NCBI GenBank assembly: GCA_965230295.1 | Contig: OZ246001.1 | Coordinates: forward strand, 1,376,001-1,440,000 | Direction of reading: 5' to 3' | From: Marinicella sp. | GTDB lineage: Bacteria; Pseudomonadota; Gammaproteobacteria; Xanthomonadales; Marinicellaceae | Length of the DNA: 64,000 bases | Part shown: positions 8,327 through 16,772 of the stretch, in pieces | Layout of the letters: each line of letters begins with the position of its first letter | Position numbering within the stretch: position 1 is the stretch's first letter | Position numbers and translations under genes: made by a program | The notes under the pieces: generated by a model | The model's database searches: none | Seen by the model: only the letters and a program-made list of their open reading frames with translations | What the model was told of the DNA's origin: nothing

Positions 8327-10891
8327 ATGAACAAAGACACGCAAAAAATATTTGAACACCTGATCACTTTGGATGAATCAGAACAACAAAAATACATCGA
8401 TGAGACTTGCTCAAACGACCCAGAACTGAAAAAATTACTGAGCCAGTTATTAGCCACGCATAACAACTTAAATACTTATAACAGCGATCAAATAGAATCT
8501 GATTTAATAGCGGTTTTATCTGAAAACACTGAGGCAGAATTACCAGCTGAATCAAGTATAACCATCGACCACATCAACTTTAAAGGCTATCAAGTGATTC
8601 AAAAACTCGATTCCGGTGGTATGGGCGATGTCTTTTTATGTAAACCGACCAATAAAGACTTCAGTAATCAGGTGGCCATCAAATTGCTCAAAGCTGATTC
8701 AACAGAAGGACAATCAAAACAAAGGTTTTTACATGAACAAAAAATACTGTCGCGCTTAAAGCATCCCAATATTTCAACCTTTATTGATGCCAGTTTCACG
8801 TCTGATGAAAGGCCTTATGTGGTGATGGAGTATTGTGAAGGTGAGCCCATCATCTCTTTTTCAAACAACAATCAATTGAGCGTTAAGGAACGGATCGATA
8901 TTTTCTTGAAATTATGCGATGCAGTGCAATATGCCCATAACAACTTAATCATTCACAGAGACATTAAACCCAGCAATATTTTGGTTACACAAGATGACTT
9001 GAAATTACTGGACTTTGGTATTTCCAAAGCATTAGATGCGCAAGAAAAATTAACCCGAACAGGCCTCCATGCCATGACGCCTGCTTATGCCAGCCCTGAA
9101 CAGTTGGCAGGGAAAACAGTTAACTTGGCCACAGATGTATATTCATTGGGTGTGGTACTGTATGAATTACTGACTGAATCACGTCCGTTTTCAAATGAGA
9201 AACTAACACCAGCTCAATATGAAAGTGCAGTCAATAACATTGAACCTGAATTACCCAGCAAAAGAGTCAATTCAAATAAATTGAGTAAAGAGTTAACTGG
9301 TGATTTAGACTTGATTGTTGCCAAAGCCATCAGAGGTGATGTGTCCGAACGATTTAATAATGTCACTGAACTCAGTGATGAGTTAAAAAGGTATCAAGCA
9401 GGCTTGCCTATCAGAACCAATAAGTCCGGATACCCTTATTACATCAAGAAATTCATCAACAGACACAAAACTGCTGTGATGTTAAGTTCACTTTCACTGA
9501 TATCAATCATTTCATTGTTGGTCTTTACAGTTTTTCAAAACATAGAAATCACTTTACAAAAAGACAATGCCATTCAAGAGAGAAACAAAGCTCAAGTTTT
9601 ATCCGAAACATTCAGTCTGGCTTTCAAAAATGCCGACCCAACACAATCTTTTGACAAAGAAGTCACTGCTAAAGATGTACTTAAACAGGCCCAAAATTTG
9701 ATTCAGAACAAATCGAATATCAATGAAAACACAAAAGCTGGTCTAATTTTAGATATCACCAGTACTTATATAAATACTGGTAATTACCTCGAGGCACTGG
9801 AATTGTTAGATGATCCGTCTCTCAATCATGCTGAGCTTACTGAAAAAGAACAAATAAGGTATTACAGCCAAAAAATTAGATCATTACTGTCACTTCGGAA
9901 ACAAGAAAGTGCAATCGATGTTTATAACAAGATACCTGCATCATTGCGTACAAACGAATACATATTGTCTGCTTCTGCTTTTCTAGATGTTTCAATGGGC
10001 AAATACAATGAAGCAGAAGAAAAATATAAATTGTTGTATGAAACCTCTTCCCCTGAAAGCGATCATTATCTACAAAATTGTGTTAATTTTGTAAACGCTT
10101 TGGTCATTAAATTTGAAAACAAAGAAGCCATAAAGATAGCGACAGATTGCCTGGAAACATCTGAAGTAGACGTTTATGATCAAAGAAAGAAATGGGAGCT
10201 AAGTAGGCTTTACAATGAATTAGGACATGCTTATGGCTATGATAAACAATATGAATTATCTAATGAAACCTATTTTGAAGGTTTAGAAATAAGAAAAGCA
10301 ATACTTGATGAAAATCATCTTTTCGTGACTGACATGCATAATGCCATTGGCAGCAATTATTCACAACTTGGTGATTTTGACCTGGCGATGGAATACTATT
10401 TAGTGGCCCTGAATGGGACAATTAATCATTTTGGTGAAGGACACCCCAACACCTTTATGAACTTGTACAACATAGGTCTTGCCTACGGCCGTAATGAAGA
10501 TTACGAGACTTCAGAACAATATTTCTTAGAAATCATTAAACATCTAGATACGCCAGAAAAAAAAGAAGCCCTTAATATGGCCTTTGTTCATCATGCCCTT
10601 GGGTTAACTAGAGTCTCTTTAAATAAAATAGATGAGGCTATTGAATCTTTCGAAGTCAGCACAAAAATGTTTACCAAAGCTGGCTCTGGTTTTTTGAATA
10701 ATGCTGCTACATCTCAAACAGAACTTGCTAGTATTTACCTTAACAAAGGCCAATATGATATGTCTAAAAGGTATCTTGATAAAATTTTGCCAATTATTGA
10801 AAGTTTCAAAGAGCACCGTGATTATCAAAGGTATTTGGATGTAAAAAATGAATTTGATAAAACACAAGAAACTTTAAAAACTAATTCTTAG
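8327..10891 (+). CDS. Membrane Ser/Thr protein kinase with extracytoplasmic TPR repeats
   Basis: GGMGDV, VAIK, HRDIKPSN, DFG, TPAYASPE, TM helix, C-terminal TPRs; ATG 8327 chosen as start. Confidence 0.95.
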   Translation: MNKDTQKIFEHLITLDESEQQKYIDETCSNDPELKKLLSQLLATHNNLNTYNSDQIESDLIAVLSENTEAELPAESSITIDHINFKGYQVIQKLDSGGMGDVFLCKPTNKDFSNQVAIKLLKADSTEGQSKQRFLHEQKILSRLKHPNISTFIDASFTSDERPYVVMEYCEGEPIISFSNNNQLSVKERIDIFLKLCDAVQYAHNNLIIHRDIKPSNILVTQDDLKLLDFGISKALDAQEKLTRTGLHAMTPAYASPEQLAGKTVNLATDVYSLGVVLYELLTESRPFSNEKLTPAQYESAVNNIEPELPSKRVNSNKLSKELTGDLDLIVAKAIRGDVSERFNNVTELSDELKRYQAGLPIRTNKSGYPYYIKKFINRHKTAVMLSSLSLISIISLLVFTVFQNIEITLQKDNAIQERNKAQVLSETFSLAFKNADPTQSFDKEVTAKDVLKQAQNLIQNKSNINENTKAGLILDITSTYINTGNYLEALELLDDPSLNHAELTEKEQIRYYSQKIRSLLSLRKQESAIDVYNKIPASLRTNEYILSASAFLDVSMGKYNEAEEKYKLLYETSSPESDHYLQNCVNFVNALVIKFENKEAIKIATDCLETSEVDVYDQRKKWELSRLYNELGHAYGYDKQYELSNETYFEGLEIRKAILDENHLFVTDMHNAIGSNYSQLGDFDLAMEYYLVALNGTINHFGEGHPNTFMNLYNIGLAYGRNEDYETSEQYFLEIIKHLDTPEKKEALNMAFVHHALGLTRVSLNKIDEAIESFEVSTKMFTKAGSGFLNNAATSQTELASIYLNKGQYDMSKRYLDKILPIIESFKEHRDYQRYLDVKNEFDKTQETLKTNS

Positions 10892-10980
10892 ATTCGGATA
10901 ATAAGTGCAATTTAATCATGCAGCGAGTAATTCCACTTGCTGAACCAAAATAATTCGGAAAGTAAAAAAAAATGAATCCC

Positions 10981-11437
10981 GTAGGTTGGTGCTGAGGCAC
11001 GAAGCCCAACACCAGATCACAAATAATAGAAAAGCCTTAAAAAAGTTGCCCCAATAAAATTCCAACTCAAATTTACATTACAATTCATCAGGCCATTGAG
11101 GGTTGATGTTGGGCTTCTCTTACGATCAACCCAACTTACCTTGCTATTCCATCTTGTCATCCTGCGGCTAGACCGCTGGATCCAGCTATGAAATGTCATG
11201 TTTTTTTTACTGAAATGAAAATTGATTTTTACCTACCTGGATCCCGGATCGAGGTCCGGGATGACGGGGACTGAAGTCCCCGCTCCAAGAATAAAATAGG
11301 AGCGTCGACTTCAGTCGACGTTATCTGTCAAAATGGAGATCTAATCGTTCACTGAGCGAAGCCGAAGTGAATTCTATAAAATCCAATTGGCTTCGACTCT
11401 CGCCTGTACTGAGCCTGTCGAAGTGCTCAGCCAGCGA
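10981..11437. repeat. Cluster of at least four REP-like palindrome families
   Basis: GTAG doublet 10981-11011/11107-11139; GTCA doublet 11156-11184/11238-11265; GGAG pair 11267-11287/11299-11322; CTGAGCGAAGCCGAAG type 11346-11437. Confidence 0.8.
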
Positions 11438-11469
11438 CTGATATTTTTATGACTTTAAAGATATGAGAT

Positions 11470-11979
11470 TCAATCCAAGCCGGCCAAGTAATTCGCCAAC
11501 TGTTCCATACCGGCGCCCCAGCCTTTACCGTGGTCTTCTCTGGTGGCTTCAAAGGCAGCCAATTCGGCTTCGCTGGCATCCCTTGGCTCCCACAGGAAGG
11601 TCAGGCGGGTACGGTCTTCGCCAATTTCTTCGAACTGCAAAGTCGCCAGCATGTGTTTGGGCCAGTTGGGGATGTGTGGCATATAGACAATCTCACCTTG
11701 TTCGTTGGACATGTATTGTAAAAACACCAACTTGTCGGGTGATTGGACGGTTTCATACTGTGTGAACAACCACATTTCATGGCCATTGGGCATGGTGATT
11801 TTGTGCAAGGAACTACCGCCATCAACAATGTCTGCCTCGACAAACTCACAGCGACAGCCTGGCATCGGAAACATCCAGTTGTTCAGATGATGAACCTGGG
11901 TCCAGGCATTGAACACCAGCTGTCTGGGTGCATCGAATTCTCGGGTGATGGCGGAAGGTTTGGTTTCAGTTGATTTCAT
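11470..11979 (-). CDS. SRPBCC/AHSA1-like (START fold) domain protein
   Basis: ITREFDAPRQLVFNAWT..W N-terminus, GW...EQL..YL C-terminus; coupled to ArsR gene. Confidence 0.9.
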   Translation of the reverse strand: MKSTETKPSAITREFDAPRQLVFNAWTQVHHLNNWMFPMPGCRCEFVEADIVDGGSSLHKITMPNGHEMWLFTQYETVQSPDKLVFLQYMSNEQGEIVYMPHIPNWPKHMLATLQFEEIGEDRTRLTFLWEPRDASEAELAAFEATREDHGKGWGAGMEQLANYLAGLD

Positions 11980-12316
11980 CAGATGGGTCCTTGGTTTGTA
12001 TGGTGGTTAAATAACTGTCCAGTTGATCCAAAGTGCCTCCCCAATATTTTTTAAATTGGTGGATCCATTGTTGAATCGGGCGCAGTTCATTGGGCTGGAC
12101 TCGATAATAACGGTATCGACCGGCTTTGCGCTCGGTCACCAGGTTGACCGCTTTCAACACACCCAAATGTTTTGACACCATTGGTTGGGGCCATGACATG
12201 GCATCCACCAAATCATTGACCGTCATTTCCTCCAGCACCAGCTGTTCAATCAGCGCCCTGCGTTTGGGTTCACCGATTGCACTGAAGACATCATGTGTTG
12301 TTTTGAGTCGAGCCAT
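11966..12316 (-). CDS. ArsR/SmtB family transcriptional regulator
   Basis: DVFSAIGEPKRR..., QPMVSKHLGVLK, W...LDQL tail typical of ArsR-SRPBCC pairs. Confidence 0.9.
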   Translation of the reverse strand: MARLKTTHDVFSAIGEPKRRALIEQLVLEEMTVNDLVDAMSWPQPMVSKHLGVLKAVNLVTERKAGRYRYYRVQPNELRPIQQWIHQFKKYWGGTLDQLDSYLTTIQTKDPSDEIN

Positions 12317-12322
12317 GGATAC

Positions 12323-12350
12323 ATTATATTCCCATATGAGAATATGTCAA
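12323..12350 (-). promoter_or_regulatory. Consensus sigma70 promoter TTGACA-N16-TATAAT overlapped by palindromic operator ATATTCCCATATGAGAATAT
   Basis: On the minus strand, -35 at 12350-12345 and -10 at 12328-12323; near-palindrome 12326-12345; ArsR ATG lies 6 nt after the -10. Confidence 0.75.
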
Positions 12351-12477
12351 TCATTTATTATTACCTTTAGAACATCCCTATGAATCACCACAAAAAAAGC
12401 GGCCATCAAAACACCTTGAACTTTGAAACCAATCATTCAGAGGTATATACTAATAAGAAACAATAATTGAGGAGGTC

Positions 12478-13050
12478 ATGATGTCTGTTTCTTTGATGCA
12501 ACTGTGGTTGCCTATTCTCTTAAGTGGCTTGTTTTGCTGGATGGCCAGTGCCATTTTTCATATGGTGATCAAACACCACAATGCCGATTACAAACAACTC
12601 GAAAATGAAGACCAGGTGGCTGAGGCCATGAATGCCAACAAACCTGGACCTGGCTTGTATAACCTGCCGTACTGCATCGACATGAAAGACATGAACGATG
12701 AGAACATGATCAAGAAGTTTGATCGTGGACCTGTGGCGATGATCGCCGTTTTCAATGATGGCATGCCACCGATGGGTAAGTTGCTGATGCAACAAATCCT
12801 GTTTTTCATTTTGGGCGGTGTGCTGATTGCCTATGCAGCCACATTGTCTTTGGCCGCTGGCGCCGATTACTTGGAAGTGTTTCGGGTGGTGATGGTTACT
12901 GGCTTCCTGGCTTTTGGCTGGGGACTGATACCCTTCTCGATCTGGATGGGACACCCTTGGTCAAATTGTATTCGGTTTTTGATTGACGCGCTGTTTTATG
13001 GCGCCATCACCGCCGGCACCTTTGCCTGGCTGTGGCCGGCTGCTGGTTGA
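12478..13050 (+). CDS. Hypothetical integral membrane protein (about 4 TM)
   Basis: GGAGG RBS, hydrophobic helices, PGLY..P and SIW.GHPW motifs. Confidence 0.8.
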   Translation: MMSVSLMQLWLPILLSGLFCWMASAIFHMVIKHHNADYKQLENEDQVAEAMNANKPGPGLYNLPYCIDMKDMNDENMIKKFDRGPVAMIAVFNDGMPPMGKLLMQQILFFILGGVLIAYAATLSLAAGADYLEVFRVVMVTGFLAFGWGLIPFSIWMGHPWSNCIRFLIDALFYGAITAGTFAWLWPAAG

Positions 13051-13063
13051 TTGCATTTAAAAG

Positions 13064-13185
13064 GTCATCTTGAGCGAAGCGAAGCGCAGTCGAAAGATCT
13101 CCTGAAGTTGGGTGGTGTGCATCGAAATGTCAGCCTGACTAAAATTCAGGAGATCCCTCGGTTCGCTTCGCTCTCTCGGAATGAC
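13064..13185. repeat. GTCA-type REP doublet between convergent genes
   Basis: GTCATCTTGAGCGAAGCGAAGCGCAGTCGAAAGATCTCCTGA ... TCAGGAGATCCCTCGGTTCGCTTCGCTCTCTCGGAATGAC. Confidence 0.75.
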
Positions 13186-13196
13186 ATTTAAAACAG

Positions 13197-13889
13197 TCAA
13201 ACTTTCAACACACCCAACAACTCACCAAAATGATGAATCTCGTGGTCGTGGTCTTGAAAGTCGTGATCTTGTTTCCTCAAGTTAAACCAACAGGTCTGCA
13301 TACCAAAGTCTGCGGCACCCTGGATGTCACAGCGGTAATTGTCACCGACCATCAACACTTTTGAAGGATCATCCCAATTCATCAAGTCACAAGCATGGGC
13401 AAAAATTTCCGGCTCTGGTTTGGCTACCCCCAATTCTTCAGAAATCACCAACGCCCCAAAATGCTGCTGAATCTCGCTGTTGGCAAAGCGTGGTTTTTGC
13501 ACCCGAGACAAACCATTGGTGATAATGGCCATTTCACAATGTGGAGATAAATGTGACAACGTCTCTGCCACCGCATCCAATAAGAATTGATGCTGCGCCA
13601 GTTCATCCAAATAATGCAAGCTGAAGGTGTGGTGATCGGTGTTGGCCACACCCACATACTCGAAAATGCGTTCGGCCCGTCGTTGTTTCAATTGGGCGAT
13701 GGTGATTTCTTTGGCATCCAACTGCTGCCACATGGCGACATTCATCTGGCGGTAATAAGCCACCAAACCATCAGGGGTTGGCATCTCAAAGTGTTGTAAA
13801 GTGTTCACCAAGGCAGCCGCTTCGGCCTGATCGAAATCAAACAAGGTGTTATCGGCATCAAAAACCAAACGCCGGACTTTAAGGTTCAC
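13197..13889 (-). CDS. yjjG: HAD-family noncanonical pyrimidine nucleotidase, YjjG type
   Basis: FDADNTLFDF, ITNG, SEELGVAKP, MVGDN..CDIQGA. Confidence 0.85.
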   Translation of the reverse strand: MNLKVRRLVFDADNTLFDFDQAEAAALVNTLQHFEMPTPDGLVAYYRQMNVAMWQQLDAKEITIAQLKQRRAERIFEYVGVANTDHHTFSLHYLDELAQHQFLLDAVAETLSHLSPHCEMAIITNGLSRVQKPRFANSEIQQHFGALVISEELGVAKPEPEIFAHACDLMNWDDPSKVLMVGDNYRCDIQGAADFGMQTCWFNLRKQDHDFQDHDHEIHHFGELLGVLKV

Positions 13890-14863
13890 AAGATGCCTCG
13901 CTGAGTCAGGTTCGCTTTGATGTCGGCCAGTGTTTTGGCCAATGGGGTGATGCTGTAACCCAAATCATCTTTGGCTTTTTGACTGCTACAACTGTAGTGG
14001 TGCGAGATGATCTGCAAAGATTCAGGGGTTAAGTCTGGCGGATTACCAGTGACATAGCCAAAAGCAGACTTCAGCTTGGCCACCAGCTTAATGATGGCCA
14101 TCGGTTTGCGGCGTTTGGTGACCTTGATGGCAAAGGCGTCTGCCACCTGATCAATGAACTGATCAAAGTTCAAATTATGACCGCCGAAGATGTAATGCTC
14201 ACCAGTCTGCCCTTGTTCTGCCGCCATGATACAACCGGCAGCCACATCCCTGACATCGACAAATGACCCTGCACCCACAGGCACGGTGGGTAAAGTGTCA
14301 CTGATCATCATTTTGAACAAACGGATCCAGTTGTGTTGGTCATCAGGGCCAATGATGTGGGTTGGATTGACCACCAGGGCATTGAGTTTTTGCGCATGGT
14401 CTTTGATCAATTGTTCAGCCATGCTCTTGGTTTTCACATAATTCACCCAACTGTCCAAACCATGTTGTTCCGAGGCTTCGGTGAGCTCAACCATGCCCGG
14501 ATGATCGACACCAAATGTGGTGATGGATGACACATGCACCCATTTTTTGGCCTGCTGTTCAATGGCCGTTTGGATCAAGTTCAGCGTGCCCATGATGTTG
14601 GTTTCAGTTTGTGTGGGGTTGTTTTTGCGCCAGGTGTTGGTGTCGGCTGCGGTGTGAAAAATACAATCCACTTCAGCGGGTACGGCCTGGAGCATGGATT
14701 CTTTGCTCAACAAATCTGCCTGTACATAGTTAACCCCTTCGATGGCATTTTCTGGTATGCTTCGACACATCGCGGTTACTTGCCAATCGGCTTGTAACAA
14801 CTGTTGGCATAAGTGCCTACCCAAAAATCCTGTTGAGCCAGTTACAAAAGCAGTCTTTGTCAT
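13886..14863 (-). CDS. NAD-dependent epimerase/dehydratase (extended SDR, dihydroflavonol-reductase-like)
   Basis: FVTGSTGFLG, HTAA, YVKTK (YxxxK), FVDVRDVA; ATG 14863 chosen. Confidence 0.9.
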   Translation of the reverse strand: MTKTAFVTGSTGFLGRHLCQQLLQADWQVTAMCRSIPENAIEGVNYVQADLLSKESMLQAVPAEVDCIFHTAADTNTWRKNNPTQTETNIMGTLNLIQTAIEQQAKKWVHVSSITTFGVDHPGMVELTEASEQHGLDSWVNYVKTKSMAEQLIKDHAQKLNALVVNPTHIIGPDDQHNWIRLFKMMISDTLPTVPVGAGSFVDVRDVAAGCIMAAEQGQTGEHYIFGGHNLNFDQFIDQVADAFAIKVTKRRKPMAIIKLVAKLKSAFGYVTGNPPDLTPESLQIISHHYSCSSQKAKDDLGYSITPLAKTLADIKANLTQRGIL

Positions 14864-14919
14864 GGTTTTTGGTCCGCTGAATAAAACACACAGTTTAATC
14901 GAAACATTAAAAGAGGTCA

Positions 14920-16266
14920 TTGAAAATAATCATGGAAGCCATGCCATTCAAACGGCACATCACCCAAACCGTGAAGTTGTCACTGCCACTGATCATCAGT
15001 CAGATCACAGTGGTGGCCATGACATTCGTTGATACGGTGATGGCAGGGCGTTTGGGCTCAGTGACCCTGGCGGCCGTCGCTGTGGGCAGCTCTTTGTGGT
15101 CGACTGCCATCTTGTTTGTGTTTGGTATTTTGATGGCCATTCCATCGGTGGTGTCAGCCATGGACGGTGCTGATGAACATGACAAGATTGCACCTTTTTT
15201 CCGCCAGACTTTGTGGTTGGCCCTGATCCTTGGATTGATATTCACGGTGGTGATTCGTTTTATGGATCCCTTGTTTGCGGTGTTCAACACCCAGGCTGAA
15301 GTGATCCCGGAAGCCACCGCTTATTTGAAGGCTTTGTCATGGGGTGTGATGCCACTGTCGTTTTTCGTGGCTTTCCGCTATTTGGCCGATGGCTTGTCCA
15401 TCACCAAAACCACCATGTACGTCAGCTTTTTGGGCTTGTTGTTGAACATCCCGCTGAATTACATTTTGATGTTTGGCAAGTTGGGTTTCCCTGCCATGGG
15501 CGCCCAAGGTTGTGGCTATGCCACTGCCACCGTTTTGATGGTCCAAATGTTGGCTTATACCATCATCACCCACAAGCACAGCATCATTGGATCTTATCAA
15601 ATATTCAAACGATTTGACCAACCCGTCTGGCCTGAAATCTGGGGCTTCTTTCGCCTCGGTTTTCCAGTCGGCATGTCGATGTTTGCTGAAGTCGGATTTT
15701 TTGCCATCATCACCCTGCTGGCCTCCTCATTGGCCACCGAAACTGTGGCGGCACACCAGATTGCTTTGAACTTTGCTTCCCTGCTGTTCATGGTGCCTTT
15801 GGGGCTGTCCATGGGCATCACCATTCGGGTTGGTAATGCGGTCGGGCGCAAGAACCCGGTCGACATCAAAAACGCGGGCTTCTATGGCATCTCCTTGGTG
15901 CTGATCACACAAATTTTTGCGGCCTCAGTCACGGTGCTGTTTGCACCACAAATCGTGGCCTTGTATACCAAGGACATGGCCGTGGCCACCATTGCCATCA
16001 ACCTGCTGTTTTATGCCGCCGTCTTTCAACTGTCCGATGGCATCCAAGTGGCATCAGCCGGGGCTTTGCGCGGTATCAAAGACATGAATTTCATCATGCT
16101 CAGCAACATCTTTTCCTTCTGGTTGTTGGGCTTTGTGGTGTCCTGGTATTTGTGTTTTGAACGCGGTCTGGGTGCGCCTGGTTTGTGGATCGGCATCATT
16201 GTTGGCTTGACCGCTGCAGCCGTTCTGAACACCATCCGTTTCAAGTTGAAATCTCGGGCGCATTAA
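14920..16266 (+). CDS. MATE family efflux transporter (NorM-like)
   Basis: FVDTVMAGRLG, AAHQIALN, FQLSDGIQV..GALRG; about 12 TM. Confidence 0.92.
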   Translation: MKIIMEAMPFKRHITQTVKLSLPLIISQITVVAMTFVDTVMAGRLGSVTLAAVAVGSSLWSTAILFVFGILMAIPSVVSAMDGADEHDKIAPFFRQTLWLALILGLIFTVVIRFMDPLFAVFNTQAEVIPEATAYLKALSWGVMPLSFFVAFRYLADGLSITKTTMYVSFLGLLLNIPLNYILMFGKLGFPAMGAQGCGYATATVLMVQMLAYTIITHKHSIIGSYQIFKRFDQPVWPEIWGFFRLGFPVGMSMFAEVGFFAIITLLASSLATETVAAHQIALNFASLLFMVPLGLSMGITIRVGNAVGRKNPVDIKNAGFYGISLVLITQIFAASVTVLFAPQIVALYTKDMAVATIAINLLFYAAVFQLSDGIQVASAGALRGIKDMNFIMLSNIFSFWLLGFVVSWYLCFERGLGAPGLWIGIIVGLTAAAVLNTIRFKLKSRAH

Positions 16267-16368
16267 GATCTGCTTTAACCTTAAAAATTCATTCATTATT
16301 AAACACTCGTTCACATTTTTTCGGCGCAATTCCAGCTAAAATTTCCACCGTACTTTGTACCGAAAAGA

Positions 16369-16581
16369 GAGCTGATTTTCAGCTCGACCAGCCACCTTGG
16401 TTAGGCAGGTCATGTAATCAGGTTGGTTTGACCAGAGGTCAATATAAACCTGATGAAATGACCGATTAGCCGTGAAGCGGAGCGGAGCCAGAAAGGTGAG
16501 TAAAAAACCAAAGAAATGATCGCAGGGACGCTTTTACTTTTGTAAAAAACTAAAGTAAAAGAAGCCCCAAGATCATTCCTT
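16369..16581 (+). repeat. Modular structured repeat, copy A
   Basis: Hairpin GAGCTGATTTTCAGCTC, GGTTAGGCAGGTCAT..ATGACCGATTAGCCGTGA, TTTTACTTT..AAAGTAAAA, GAAGCCCCAAGATCATTCC. Confidence 0.75.
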
Positions 16582-16772
16582 ATGTGAAGATAATATCCTA
16601 AGTTATTGATATTTGGTTCGGCGAAAAATTTAAAAAATATTCTCCTTGCCAGCGGTCAAAAAAATAAGATATTATCAACTGGATGAGAGAGTAGTGTCGG
16701 GGACCAATCAGTATCAAAAATTCAAAGATACGGACCTGTGTAGTGTAACCATTAATAAGCCAAAAGAGTCAA

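Noticed and set aside
16590-16772. NrdR boxes upstream of nrdA (and near 19860 before nrdB)
   Set aside because: Only weak partial matches to the acaCwAtATaTwGtgt consensus; cannot support.
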